A stretch of 64,000 nt of DNA from NCBI GenBank assembly GCA_963786955.1, contig CAWBAT010000006.1:288001-352000 (forward strand), in the 5' to 3' direction. Positions within the stretch are counted from its first letter, which is position 1; the number at the start of each line of letters is the position of its first letter. Below the pieces are notes generated by a model. It was given only the letters and a program-made list of their open reading frames with translations, was not told the origin of the DNA and did no database searches. Positions 40,542 to 51,202 of the stretch are shown here, piece after piece. The stretch is from an uncultured Acidimicrobiia bacterium (GTDB lineage: Bacteria > Acidobacteriota > Terriglobia > Versatilivoradales > Versatilivoraceae). The translations under genes were made by a program, and so were the position numbers.

Positions 40542-41342
40542 TCACGCGAAGTAAAGACCCCCGTTAATATTGATGAGTTGTCCCGTGACGTACGATCCCG
40601 ATTCGGACGCCAGCCAGAGGATGGCACCCGCCGAGTCACGCCCTTCGCCATATCGCCCGAGGGGTATCGTTTTCAGTTCCTCTTGCTGGAGTTCTTCAAA
40701 GGTGATTCCACGATCTTGGGATTCAGCTTTCATGAAGCTCCAATGCATCTCACTGGCCGCCAAACCGGGGCAAATGGCATTGACGTTGACGTTGTAGGGG
40801 GCCATTTCACGAGCCAGCGCGGTCGTAAAAGTATGGACAGCACCCTTCGACGCGCAGTAGGCCGAATACCCGGGAAAGCCCACTTTGCCGCCGTAGGATC
40901 CAAGGTTAATGATGCTGCCGCTCTTTTGTTTCATCATCTGCCGAGCCGCGTACTTGCATCCGAAGAATTCCCCGTAAAAGTTCACCGCGAAGAGCTTGTC
41001 GACCGTTTCCTTCGGCATGTCGGCGACCAGGCCTTCGTGCAAATGCATTCCCGCATTGTTCACCATGATGTCCAGACGTCCCAGCTTTTTCACTGCGCCC
41101 TCTACGAGCTGCTTCACCTGGCTTTCATCGGACACATCCGTGATCTCGGCGTATCCCTTGTTGTCGGGATGTTTCTCTTTGATGCCTGCAAACGTCTCTT
41201 TAACTTGCGGGAGAACATCAGACACCACAACGTGGACCCCCGCAGCGGCCAAAGCTTCCGCAGTTCCCTTACCCAAACCACGACCAGCGCCGGTAACGAT
41301 CGCTACCTTTCCGGCTACCTCACGCAGAGGTTCAAGATTCAT
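40542..41342 (-). CDS. Short-chain dehydrogenase/reductase
   Basis: TGAGRGLG, NNAG, YCASK. Confidence 0.93.
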   Translation of the reverse strand: MNLEPLREVAGKVAIVTGAGRGLGKGTAEALAAAGVHVVVSDVLPQVKETFAGIKEKHPDNKGYAEITDVSDESQVKQLVEGAVKKLGRLDIMVNNAGMHLHEGLVADMPKETVDKLFAVNFYGEFFGCKYAARQMMKQKSGSIINLGSYGGKVGFPGYSAYCASKGAVHTFTTALAREMAPYNVNVNAICPGLAASEMHWSFMKAESQDRGITFEELQQEELKTIPLGRYGEGRDSAGAILWLASESGSYVTGQLININGGLYFA

Positions 41343-41394
41343 TGTCTTACCTCCTCCATTTGCTTAGCTTGCATCACAGGCTCCGAGGCCAATA

Positions 41395-42408
41395 TCAGTC
41401 AATCAGTTTCAGCACCGCCTGCTTGATATTTTCTCGATTGGGACGATAATAGCTCTCCATCTGCGGAGAAAAAGGGACGGGAATGTCGGGCGAAGCAACG
41501 CGAACAACCGGTGCGCTCAAATAGTCGCTCATCTTCGAGCCCAGCGAAGCTGCAATTTCCGCGCTCCACCCGCCCGTTTTGGGACCTTCTTCAACAATGA
41601 CCACTCGCGTCGTCTTCATGACGGACTCTTCGACAAGGTCCCAATCGAACGGGCTGAGAGAACGAGGATCAATGACTTCCACGCTTACGCCCTCCGCCGC
41701 CAATTCCTCGGCGGCGTTCATTGCCACGTGCATCATCAAGAGTGTGGCCACGATCGTCACGTGGGAACCTTGCCGGCGAACAATCCCCTTGCCAATGGGG
41801 ATTGTGTAATCTTCCGCCGGAATGGCATCCGAGGCATCTACCGCACCCGTCGCCTGGCCCAGTCCTTTGGATCCGTACAGTAGTTTGTGCTCAAACATCA
41901 TCACCGGGTTGTCATCGCGGATCGCCGACTTCAAAAGCCCCTTGGCATCGTAGGCTGTAGCAGGACAAACGACCTTCAGACCAGGCACTCCCACGAAGAA
42001 CCGTTCAAGATTCTGGGCGTGTTGAGCTCCGCGTCCGGTGGCCCCCACTGGGGCACGGATGACGAGGGGTACTTTCGTTTTCCCACCGGACATGTAACGC
42101 ATTTTGGCAGCCTGATTAATGATCTGGTCCATGGCCAAGAAAAGAAAATCGCCGTATTGAACGTCGATCACTGGACGCATACCCATGATCGCCGCGCCCA
42201 CAGCCACGCCGAAATATCCGAGTTCCGAAATGGGCGTGTCCAGGAGTTGGCTGCGGTATTCTTCCTCCAGCCCCAAAGTGACGGTAAACACCCCTCCCCA
42301 GCCGCCAGGGATGCTGATATCCTCGCCCATGCAGAACACGTTCGGATCCCTCGACATCTCTTCAGCCAGACCTTCCCGTAAGGCCTGCGAAATGGATAGC
42401 CTCTTCAA
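41395..42408 (-). CDS. 2-oxoacid/acetoin dehydrogenase E1 beta subunit
   Basis: DTPISE, DQIINQAAKMRYMSGG, GAQH, EVIDPRSL. Confidence 0.93.
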   Translation of the reverse strand: MKRLSISQALREGLAEEMSRDPNVFCMGEDISIPGGWGGVFTVTLGLEEEYRSQLLDTPISELGYFGVAVGAAIMGMRPVIDVQYGDFLFLAMDQIINQAAKMRYMSGGKTKVPLVIRAPVGATGRGAQHAQNLERFFVGVPGLKVVCPATAYDAKGLLKSAIRDDNPVMMFEHKLLYGSKGLGQATGAVDASDAIPAEDYTIPIGKGIVRRQGSHVTIVATLLMMHVAMNAAEELAAEGVSVEVIDPRSLSPFDWDLVEESVMKTTRVVIVEEGPKTGGWSAEIAASLGSKMSDYLSAPVVRVASPDIPVPFSPQMESYYRPNRENIKQAVLKLID

Positions 42409-42420
42409 CAGTTGTTCCTC

Positions 42421-43398
42421 TCAAGCATAGACATCCTTTAATGCATCCTCTGGAAGTGGATCATCCGCGGCTGTGGCCTTTTGAACGGATTGCTCCACGA
42501 GTGCTTCGATTTCAGCCTTCGTCTCCAGGATGTCTGCTGGGCTGAGGTGATCCTGGGAAACGAGGCAATCCTCGAAGCGTTTGATGGGGTCATTTGCCGC
42601 GGCTTGCTCCCGCTCCGCTTTCGGCATGTAATCGCATGGGTCGCGCCGGTTGTGCCCCGTAAGCCGATAGGTCATCGCCTCCAGAATCGTTGGGCCGCCG
42701 CCGCCACGGGCACGGTCGATTGCCCCAGTCGCGGTTTCATATACTTTCAAAATGTCGTTCCCATCAATGGAAACGCCAGGAATCCCGTAGGCAGCCGCCA
42801 GATCGGACAGGTGTTCCAATTTTGAGTTTTTGGAATAGTGTGTCGAGGCTGCATATCGGTTGTTTTCGATGACATAAATCACGGGCAGGTTCCATACAGC
42901 GGCAATATTTACCGCTTCATGAAATGCGCCTTCAGCAACACCTCCATCACCCGTGAAGCACACAGCGACTCGAGGTTCCTTTTTCAGCTTGAATGAGAGA
43001 CCGGCGCCAGTACCCACTGGAATATTCGCTCCGATGATTGCAATGGATGGAATCATGCCCACGGAAAGATCGCCGATGTGCATGGAGCCGCCTTTGCCGC
43101 CGCAGCATCCACCGGTCTTGCCAAAGAGCTCCAACATAAAGGCGGTAAGATCCACGCCTTTCGCGATGGCATGGCCGTGCGGTCGATGGCCGCTGGTAAT
43201 GACATCATCCTTGTTCAAGGCGGAGCACACCCCGACTGCCACCGCTTCCTGACCCAAAGACTGATGAAGGGTTCCCGAGATGACGCCTTCCAGGAAAAGG
43301 TATCCAATCCGCTCCTCCATGATGCGAATGAGAAGCATGTCTCGATAGAATCCGAGCAATGTCGCTTTTGAATACGCTCTATTCAAACTCATATTCAC
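42421..43398 (-). CDS. ThDP-dependent dehydrogenase E1 alpha subunit
   Basis: GQEA, GKGGSMH, GDG...ENN ThDP motif. Confidence 0.93.
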   Translation of the reverse strand: MNMSLNRAYSKATLLGFYRDMLLIRIMEERIGYLFLEGVISGTLHQSLGQEAVAVGVCSALNKDDVITSGHRPHGHAIAKGVDLTAFMLELFGKTGGCCGGKGGSMHIGDLSVGMIPSIAIIGANIPVGTGAGLSFKLKKEPRVAVCFTGDGGVAEGAFHEAVNIAAVWNLPVIYVIENNRYAASTHYSKNSKLEHLSDLAAAYGIPGVSIDGNDILKVYETATGAIDRARGGGGPTILEAMTYRLTGHNRRDPCDYMPKAEREQAAANDPIKRFEDCLVSQDHLSPADILETKAEIEALVEQSVQKATAADDPLPEDALKDVYA

Positions 43399-43443
43399 CC
43401 TATTACTGCCACTTTCGTAAGCTCGGTTTTTGGATAGACGGAG

Positions 43444-43911
43444 TTAACGATCGGCGTCGAGCCTCTCGGCCGCAGCAACGATGTCTTGCCTGGTGACGGT
43501 TCCGTCGTTTCCCGTGCCAACCACTTGGTCAATGTCCACGCCTTTTTGCCTGGCAAAATTCCGGAGCATGGGAGGAATGCGAGGTTTTGAAATCTCGCGG
43601 GGCGGTGCTGTTCCGAGACCTGCCTTGGCGATTTGGATTTCAGGCTCGAGCTCCGAGGTTTCTGGGATGGCATCGGCCGGATTTCCTATGTATGCAATGA
43701 CGTCGCCAACGGAAACAGCCTCGCCTTCCACAGCTTTCTTCCTTAGCAACACGCCTGTTGCAAACGACTCCAGCGCGATCACAGCTTTATCGGTTTCAAT
43801 CTCAGCTATTTTCTGCCCTCTGATGATTTCGGCGCCCTCTTCAACGAGCCACCGTACAAGGGTCACCGTGTCGACAGCGGCCCCGAGGTCGGGAATCTTG
43901 ATTGGTGCCAC
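43444..43911 (-). CDS. Stand-alone lipoyl domain plus E3/E1-binding domain protein (no acyltransferase domain)
   Basis: EIETDKAV; PMLRNFARQKGVDI..V.GTG.DG.VTRQDI; RBS GGAGG before GTG 43911. Confidence 0.85.
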   Translation of the reverse strand: MAPIKIPDLGAAVDTVTLVRWLVEEGAEIIRGQKIAEIETDKAVIALESFATGVLLRKKAVEGEAVSVGDVIAYIGNPADAIPETSELEPEIQIAKAGLGTAPPREISKPRIPPMLRNFARQKGVDIDQVVGTGNDGTVTRQDIVAAAERLDADR

Positions 43912-43951
43912 TTGGGCCCTCCCTGACAATTGCAGCTTTTCGCGGCGGCAT

Positions 43952-44473
43952 TCAACGCCCGGGATATACGTAGTCGGGTTGTCCGTAGACTTCAGGCATA
44001 TCAAGAAGCTCCAAGAGGATCCCATATTGCCTGTCTGCTTCAAAATAGTCAAACCGACCCTGGCGATCGTTTCCATAGATGGGGCCGCCCTGAATCTGAC
44101 GGTAGCCAAGCTTCTCCAGATACTGATAGGCGCCGTCATATTCGCTGGGGGTCATGTACGTTCCCAGATGATGGAGCCCGCCTTCTGGTTGTTTTTCCAG
44201 ATACTCGGTATAGATGTTTTTCCCACCTCGCACCGGGACGATGATTTCTACCGTCCAACTGCCCATTTCCGCCATGGCGACTTTGAGCGCATAATCGGCG
44301 GGCGCACCGCGGTAATTGACGCCTTGCATATTGCGAGTATCCATTGAATAGACTTGGAAAGGCCCGATGCCGACCGCCGCGAGTCGATCCATCATGACGT
44401 TCACATCCTTGGCAACAAAGCCAAGTTGACACCAGTTTCCCAATGACTTTATTTCAGGATTTAGCGTGATCAT
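43952..44473 (-). CDS. VOC family protein (methylmalonyl-CoA epimerase-like)
   Basis: QLGFVAKD, VEIIVP, GGLHHLG, LLELL. Confidence 0.8.
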   Translation of the reverse strand: MITLNPEIKSLGNWCQLGFVAKDVNVMMDRLAAVGIGPFQVYSMDTRNMQGVNYRGAPADYALKVAMAEMGSWTVEIIVPVRGGKNIYTEYLEKQPEGGLHHLGTYMTPSEYDGAYQYLEKLGYRQIQGGPIYGNDRQGRFDYFEADRQYGILLELLDMPEVYGQPDYVYPGR

Positions 44474-44629
44474 TTCTCGATCATCCCTTGTCAGTGATGC
44501 ACATTGAGTGCGCACAACCTCACGTTTTTTGTCCTCGATGGAAACACGGAAACCAACACACGGGCATGAGACCTCGAAAACTCTCCATTGGAACAAGCTG
44601 TCTTGCAATGCTTCCGCAGATTGTTCTGT

Positions 44630-46270
44630 TCAACTCTCCCGATACAGCATCAGGATGACGCCGACCAAGACAAGGCAGACCGGCCAGATCTTAGCAGGAA
44701 TACGTCTATTCTTGTCGGGTAGCCGCAACTCAATCCAGCGGGTCCAGCCGGCCACTACCGCCGCCAGTCCTAATGGGATGTGGCTCAGTTCCGCCAGCAG
44801 TTCTTCCTTAATGTTACCCAACGAATGGGTATGCGCCAGCAGCAGAACTCCCCCGAGTGCACAGACCATCGGAAACACCATCGCCGCTTTCCGGGAACTC
44901 AGACGCCCGGTCTGGATTCCCCATTCGAACACCGCAAATAACACGATCAGGACTACGAAAATTCGATGTTGGAGAACCTCCGCCGCCAGAAAACTCTCCC
45001 AAAAGCCTCTCGGACCGAGTGGCCAATTCTCAGCGTCAGCACGCAAAAACAGAAAAACAGCAAGACCGATAAATGCGAGGGGCCAATGCCGTGTCCAACG
45101 CCATTTGCTAAAACTCGCCCCCACGGCAAGCAAGCCCGCTGCAAGTACCACCATTCCCGCCCAGTGATGATTGTATTCTGACCAGGCGATGTCAGCGGGT
45201 GTATTGGGAGAATAGGATTGACCGGGAACAAAAGACTGAAGCTTCTGAAATCCGGGAGTAGCGGCTTCTTCAGCCGAAAGGGGCGTTGCCGGAGACAATT
45301 CGCTCACAGCTGGACTACTCATGCGAGGCCAACGAGGGGTCATTCGCTCAACGATTTGGCTGGCCGTCACTCGATCTGCGACAAGGTCTGCCGCTGGGGG
45401 CTGAGAGGTAAGGGACGCAGCCGCCAGGATCACGGTAAATCCAATTCCCACCTCGACTTCAGCAAAACGCCGGAGCCGCAGTAGCAAGCCGGGCGTATCC
45501 ATTTCCAGGCCTCGAACTGCAAAGAAATTCATCGCGCCAAGGATGAGCAGCATCCCGAACAGGATGATCTTAGAAACCACCATGACGCCGTAAGAGGTTC
45601 CGTACAATGCCTCCGGCGTGCGGACATAAAAAATGGAGAGACCGAGCCCAGCCGCTACAATCAACGATACACTCACCAGCGCCAACCGCGAAAACCTCCT
45701 GGAAATCATTTTTGCCGGCTCAATCGTACACCGGCTCAGAGTCATGACGAGGTAAGGAAGCCCCCCAATCCAGGCTCCCGTGGCCCCTTGGTGTACCAAA
45801 GTGAAAAATGCCAGGACGAGCCGACTCTCCATGCGAGCCGATGCGTGGCTCGTCATCAAAGAAGCGCTGAGGATCACGAGAGCCGGAAGACCAACAGCAC
45901 CTACCGACAATTTCTCTTTATAAAGAACCATGCAAGCAATGAATAAGCCCGCAATGGCGGATGCTGCTCCCGCCAGGAAAAAATTGGCTCCAACGACTTC
46001 ACGCCATCGCAACTCCGCCGTTTGCATCAGGATAGCTGAATCAATCAGGACGTAAATCAATTGAGTCACTGCCAGCGCCAAAGCAGAGCTCCCCATAAGC
46101 CATCGGCATAATTTTGGGGCGGTTTCTAAGTGGTGAGGGAGACTGCGAAACACAGGGCCTAAAACAAGCAGGTTGAAAACCATGCCGCCAATCACAAGCG
46201 ATTGGAATAGCAATATGAGGCCACGAAGAAGTACGGAGAGAAATCCAAAGACGTCGAGGAGTTGTGCCAC
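44630..46270 (-). CDS. copD: CopD family copper resistance protein with a C-terminal His-rich membrane extension
   Basis: TSHA, H..ATGAWIGGL, RRFS, T.YG..L..K; follows copC. Confidence 0.85.
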   Translation of the reverse strand: MAQLLDVFGFLSVLLRGLILLFQSLVIGGMVFNLLVLGPVFRSLPHHLETAPKLCRWLMGSSALALAVTQLIYVLIDSAILMQTAELRWREVVGANFFLAGAASAIAGLFIACMVLYKEKLSVGAVGLPALVILSASLMTSHASARMESRLVLAFFTLVHQGATGAWIGGLPYLVMTLSRCTIEPAKMISRRFSRLALVSVSLIVAAGLGLSIFYVRTPEALYGTSYGVMVVSKIILFGMLLILGAMNFFAVRGLEMDTPGLLLRLRRFAEVEVGIGFTVILAAASLTSQPPAADLVADRVTASQIVERMTPRWPRMSSPAVSELSPATPLSAEEAATPGFQKLQSFVPGQSYSPNTPADIAWSEYNHHWAGMVVLAAGLLAVGASFSKWRWTRHWPLAFIGLAVFLFLRADAENWPLGPRGFWESFLAAEVLQHRIFVVLIVLFAVFEWGIQTGRLSSRKAAMVFPMVCALGGVLLLAHTHSLGNIKEELLAELSHIPLGLAAVVAGWTRWIELRLPDKNRRIPAKIWPVCLVLVGVILMLYRES

Positions 46271-46285
46271 GGCATCCTTTTGGGA

Positions 46286-46666
46286 CTATTTTATTTTGAA
46301 CGGAATTTCACCGCGGGAGATGTGTCCATCAGCGGCGAGGACTTGCCAGCGCAGCAAATAGGCGCCCGCTGCAAGCCCGGTCACTCTTGCCTTAAGCTGG
46401 TCCGGGGAGTCTTGTTTATCGAGATTCACAGAATGAGACGACTTGTCCGGCTGAACCAGAATCAGTCGCGACCGCGTGCCGTCAATGCGAGAGTTGAATT
46501 TCAAAACGATCTGGAAGTCGGGCCCGGAGATCGTCGCATTCGGGGCAGGAATCGCTTCGAGTATGATGGCATGAGCGAAAGACGGCAGAGACAAACATAA
46601 AACCATGATCAGTGCGTAGAAAGCCCTCATGAACAAATGAGTATTCCTAGATTTCATCGACGCCAC
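46286..46666 (-). CDS. copC: CopC copper-binding protein
   Basis: Signal peptide then AHA; WQVLAADGH. Confidence 0.9.
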   Translation of the reverse strand: MASMKSRNTHLFMRAFYALIMVLCLSLPSFAHAIILEAIPAPNATISGPDFQIVLKFNSRIDGTRSRLILVQPDKSSHSVNLDKQDSPDQLKARVTGLAAGAYLLRWQVLAADGHISRGEIPFKIK

Positions 46667-46672
46667 CCCCCC

Positions 46673-48204
46673 CTATAGCTCCCCAGCCCTCAAAACAAAG
46701 CCGGTTGTGAACCGAAACATTGAGGAATAGGGGAGGTCATGGAATTCGTTCATGAGTTGTCCTCACAAATTGCACGTTTCCGAGTCGTATGGCCATTCCT
46801 CGTCTTATTTTCAAGTCGACACCACCCCCAATGGCCATTGCGAACCCATTGGCTTCTGTCGATTCGGCGATCAGACCATGTCGTACCCAGGCATCCAGTT
46901 TGTTCCACTCGGTCAAATCGCCGGTTGGAATCCTCTCCGGAAAGACCCGGTCTTGTGTCAGCTTAGCTCCTCCGAAGAGAAGATCCGCGTGGAAGGTCCA
47001 GCGATCGCCCTGTCGGAACGAGAATCGAGGCCCAAACAAATACGTAAATGAATCACCGGTGATATTAGGATCGCTCGAAGAAAGCTTGCACCCGCTAACA
47101 TCAGCCATCGCTCCCAGCCAGCGATTCAGCTGAAATACCCCGCTGGCTCCGCCTCCACTGCAATTTCCTGAGCTTATTCCCCCGTGAGAATAGTGCGAAA
47201 AATCATCGTAGGCGGTGAATTCAAATTGGGGAATTCGCGGGGAGCCCCCCTCCATAACTTGTTGACTAGAATGTGAACTGGGAAGAAAGGAATTCGCTGC
47301 CGAAGGCTCCGGAACTGCTGGTGGTCTTTCTCTTTGAGGCAATCGCCCAAAGATTGGGATCGTATTCACTAATGCCAGGTCGGGTATCCCGATCCCAGGG
47401 GCGCTGGAATTCCATGAGATTAGCGAAACTCCGCGAGGGATTCAAAAAAGTACGCGCTGCAAAACGTGCCACACGATTGCGCGTATATCCTTCGATACGC
47501 TTGATGAGATATTTGTCCAAAGCATCTTCCCCTGCCATCCAGACCAACCCCATTGCCGGTGTAATCACAACGTCCACATACCCTTGGGCGGGATAGTAGC
47601 TTTGAATATGCCCAATCGTGGCTTCGCTCATCGGTCCAATCTCAAACATCAGGCTAAGGGCCCATGCCCAAGCCGTAGCGCGCAGGCGACTTTTCCAGTA
47701 AGTTTCGCTTAGCCCAAATTCCGCCCGCCGATATCGCGGGTCGTTATGGACAAACATAAACCCCGCCACGGCGCCTTCCATCGGATGGCCGATATAATTG
47801 ACGAGGAAGGGGTCCCCATCGGACCAGCCGTGCAGATTCCCCACGGCGTTAAGGTAATTAGGGAAGAAAGGTCCTTTAAGTCCGTCCCGCGTGCCCTGCT
47901 CCGTCGCGAGGCGAAACCCATTCGCAACCCCGAGAAAAAACAGTGAATGCAGTAGCAATGGCTTCCACTGGACTGACGTTTCCTTCTTTGACTCCTCGAA
48001 CCGCTTCAGCTTCAGCCAAAATGGGCTTGATTAGGAAGGCAAATGTAATTGCGTGAGAAGAACGGACGCAGGCAAAAAGAGCTTGACTTCATTCCTCTCA
48101 GTGCCGACTCAAGGGAACGAGCTTTTAATACTTAAACGGGGGATGGAGATATTTGCCGGAACAAACGGCCTGAAGGAAAAATTGTTGATTGATGCTCTCT
48201 TCAC
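46673..48204 (-). CDS. Paralogue of the 37243-38823 envelope protein (frameshifted)
   Basis: NYIGHPMEGA, YWKSRLRA, TYLFGPRFS; corrected end RFTTGFVLRAGEL*. Confidence 0.7.
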
Positions 48205-48483
48205 ATTTCTCTCCAGCACAGTGATTTGTCATGCAACCCCATTGATCGTTCAGCCTTCTCGAAGATCTCCGGCCGGCTGCCAAACTTGGACAAAAAGTAT
48301 AGCATCCATTAATCCAATATCTCTACCAGAGTTTCCGGAAAATTTTCTGAGGAATATATTCCCGTGACCATCAAACAGGAAGGGAAAATGTCAAACAGAA
48401 ATCTGGTGCAATGATTTGATGACGGTTTGACGGAACGCCGGAAGCTATTTCTTCAGCTCAGAGGTGGGATCATACAGGGCAAA

Positions 48484-49158
48484 TTAATCAACAAATTCCA
48501 CCAGCTTCCTGGTACAGCAAGCCAACTGGCGCCCCAATTTCCATAACCCCCAGATGCAAGAGGGGTGCATTAAAGCGGAAATGATAATCTTACGATCATC
48601 AAGGGTTCCATCGGGTAGGCAAAACCGATTGAAATCCAGTGGCAAGTCTTCGCTCAAGACATCACTGATGCAGCGAACAATGACATAAGGGATGCCACTT
48701 TCTTGGCAGATGCGGGCAACGGCCCAAGACTCCATGTCCACGCAACCCACACTGTCAACACCCATTGAAACGGCAAGTTGACGCTTCACTTCAGCGGTAC
48801 AAGCCATTTGATTCTGGGTAATGAGTGTTCCCAGATGAATATCGGATCCATTGGATGCGTATGCTGCGCTGCTTTGGCGAGGGCTGCCGGAGGAACAATC
48901 AGCGACGGGCCTCTGATCTCTTGCCCAACAACCAAATCCCCAATCTCCAAGTGATGGTGATAGCGCTCCCGCCAGTCCTACTCCCAGGACCGCAGACACG
49001 GGTTGTTCACGGATAAGGGTCCGAAGCCCCCTGTCCGCATTTTCGCAACCCATTCCTGTTTGTAGAAAAACCAGATTTGGGCGACAGAGTTTCTGAAGGG
49101 GAACGACTTCCCGCCGAAGGGCGCCCACGACAACCCAGGGGAAAACGCTAGGGTTCAT
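48484..49158 (-). CDS. hpnG: Hopanoid-associated nucleoside phosphorylase
   Basis: TGMG, GLAGAL, VDMES, VRCISD; ATGA overlap with hpnA. Confidence 0.8.
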   Translation of the reverse strand: MNPSVFPWVVVGALRREVVPLQKLCRPNLVFLQTGMGCENADRGLRTLIREQPVSAVLGVGLAGALSPSLGDWGFGCWARDQRPVADCSSGSPRQSSAAYASNGSDIHLGTLITQNQMACTAEVKRQLAVSMGVDSVGCVDMESWAVARICQESGIPYVIVRCISDVLSEDLPLDFNRFCLPDGTLDDRKIIISALMHPSCIWGLWKLGRQLACCTRKLVEFVD

Positions 49159-50152
49159 GACAGATTGGCGTACCCCTTTTCGCGAAACCATCTGACAGCT
49201 CTCTCCAGGGCCTTCTCAATAGGGCTTTGCGGAAGACCTAATTCCTGGACTGCTTTTGAAGAATCAAACCACATTTTGGATTGAGACATTTTGACGCCCT
49301 CTAGTGGCGCAGTAGGTTCCCGATGGAGAATCTTCCCACTCCAGAAATTCTCCCCCTTCGCGTAGAGTAGAGCGATCCAAAGAGGGATTCGCCAATTCGG
49401 CGGTGAAATATTGGCGATTACTTCGCTAAACGATCAAAAATATCTTTAAGTGTTAAATTAACGTTTCCCAGGATATATTTTTGCCCGGGACTTCCTCTCT
49501 GGGCGGCCAGCCAGTGCCCTTCCGCTACATCTCGAACATCGATCAGATTCATCCCAGAATCGACATATCCAAACATTTTTCCGCGTAGAAAATCGACGAT
49601 CATTTTGCCGGTAGGGGTGGGCTTGAGGTCCATCTCCCCTACCGGTGTGCTCGGGTTAACGATCACAACTGGCAGCCCACGACTGGCCCAGCCTAGAACA
49701 TTTTCTTGGGCAAGAAACTTGCTCTTCTTGTAGGGACTTAACATATCCGCCAGTCGAGCTGGGGTATTTTCATCGGCCAGGACACCCTTGGAATACTTTC
49801 CCAGGCATCCAACCGTACTGGTGTACACGACCCGTTCAACAACTTCATCAAAGCAACCCGCATGAGATTATCGGTTCCGGTAACATTGATCCCGTGAACA
49901 TCACCTCGGGATTGGGACACCACAAGCGGTAGTCTGCCGCACAATGGTAAACGATACGACAGCCTTTCACCGCCTCCCGGATTGAATTGAGGTCCGTTAA
50001 GTCTCCTTGCCGCAGCGTGATGGGGAGAGATTTCAGATTATCCAGCCGACTTGTGGGACGAACCAGACAATCACGTCATTCTCGTGACGAACGAGACAAC
50101 GAACGAGATGCGAACCGACAAACCCGGTTCCACCGGTGACAAGGACTTTCAT
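49155..50152 (-). CDS. hpnA: Hopanoid-associated sugar epimerase / NAD-dependent reductase (frameshifted)
   Basis: VTGGTGFVG, HCAADYRLW, YKKSK, VNPSTPVG..D.KPTPTG. Confidence 0.88.
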
Positions 50153-50183
50153 TTTCATGAATCGGAAGGAATTCTTAGCAGGC

Positions 50184-51192
50184 CTATCCGCGGAAATTCC
50201 AGGCCGCCATCCGCAGCATGTCGCGCGGGCTCTTTTTGAGTTCGAGAACCGCAGAGGTTTCAAAACCGCTGTGCATGAGGCAATTTTGACAAAGACGATC
50301 CTGCCGGGATTCCCAATAATCCCAGTCGACCCCCGTCCAGAACTGTTGCCAGGTTTCGTGATACTCTTTGCCAATGAGATAACAGGGGCCTTTCCAACCG
50401 CGCGGCGTGAAGGTGACGGTACTCCATGGGGAACAGTTATATTGGCGCAAACCCGCCGCAAACTCGAGATACATTGGGGTCGAACTGAGCCGGTAGCGTT
50501 TTGAAAGTTCAAGAACACGTTTAAATTTGTGGTGGATTTCCTGTCTAACGGGAAAGATGTCGCGCTCTACTGATTCGTAGTGATACCCAGGGGCAATCAG
50601 CATCCCGTCAACATCCAATTGACTGACTGTCGCACATAGCCCTTCAATCTCCTGGATCTCGGTATCCTTGAATACGGTCGTATTCGTGGTCAGGTGATAA
50701 CCGAGTCGCTTCCCTTCCTTGATCATCGAGATGGCCTTGTCAAATACTCCCTGACGGTCGCAAACCGTGATCATGGGTGTGGCGAAGGCCATCCAGGTGA
50801 ACGTTAATTGTCAACCGTTTGTGAGGAGCGATCTTTCCGTAAACCTTGGTGTCGAGCAGAAGAGCATTCGTACAAAGATAAATGTGTCGCTTGCGTTCGA
50901 TGATCCCTTCAATCAGCGCTTTGAGTTCCGGATAAAGGGTCGGCTCTCCCCCACAAATCGAAACGATCGGAGCCCCGCAGGCTTCAGCGGCTTCGAAACA
51001 TTGGGCTACAGGGAGACGATCTTCCACTTTTCCAGTATGCCTCTCGGTCGAACACCCAAGACAAGCCAAATTGCAGGCATACAGAGGTTCAAGCATCAAA
51101 ACCATGGGAAAACGACGATTCCCGCGGATCGCGTTTCGAACCTGATGCTTAATGGAATCTAGCGTGAGGTGTAAAGGGAATCTCATTCTCAT
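50184..51192 (-). CDS. hpnH: Adenosylhopane-forming radical SAM protein (frameshift near 50770)
   Basis: LMLEPLYACNLACLGC, GGEP, YLCTNA, CQNCLMHSGFE. Confidence 0.9.
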
Positions 51193-51202
51193 CAAATCAT
51201 CA

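Noticed and set aside
43444-44139. 231-aa version of the lipoyl protein
   Set aside because: The extension overlaps the VOC gene; the RBS supports GTG at 43911
40578-44347. Long antisense ORFs (e.g. 40578-41426, 43481-44347)
   Set aside because: Shadows of well-supported genes on the opposite strand
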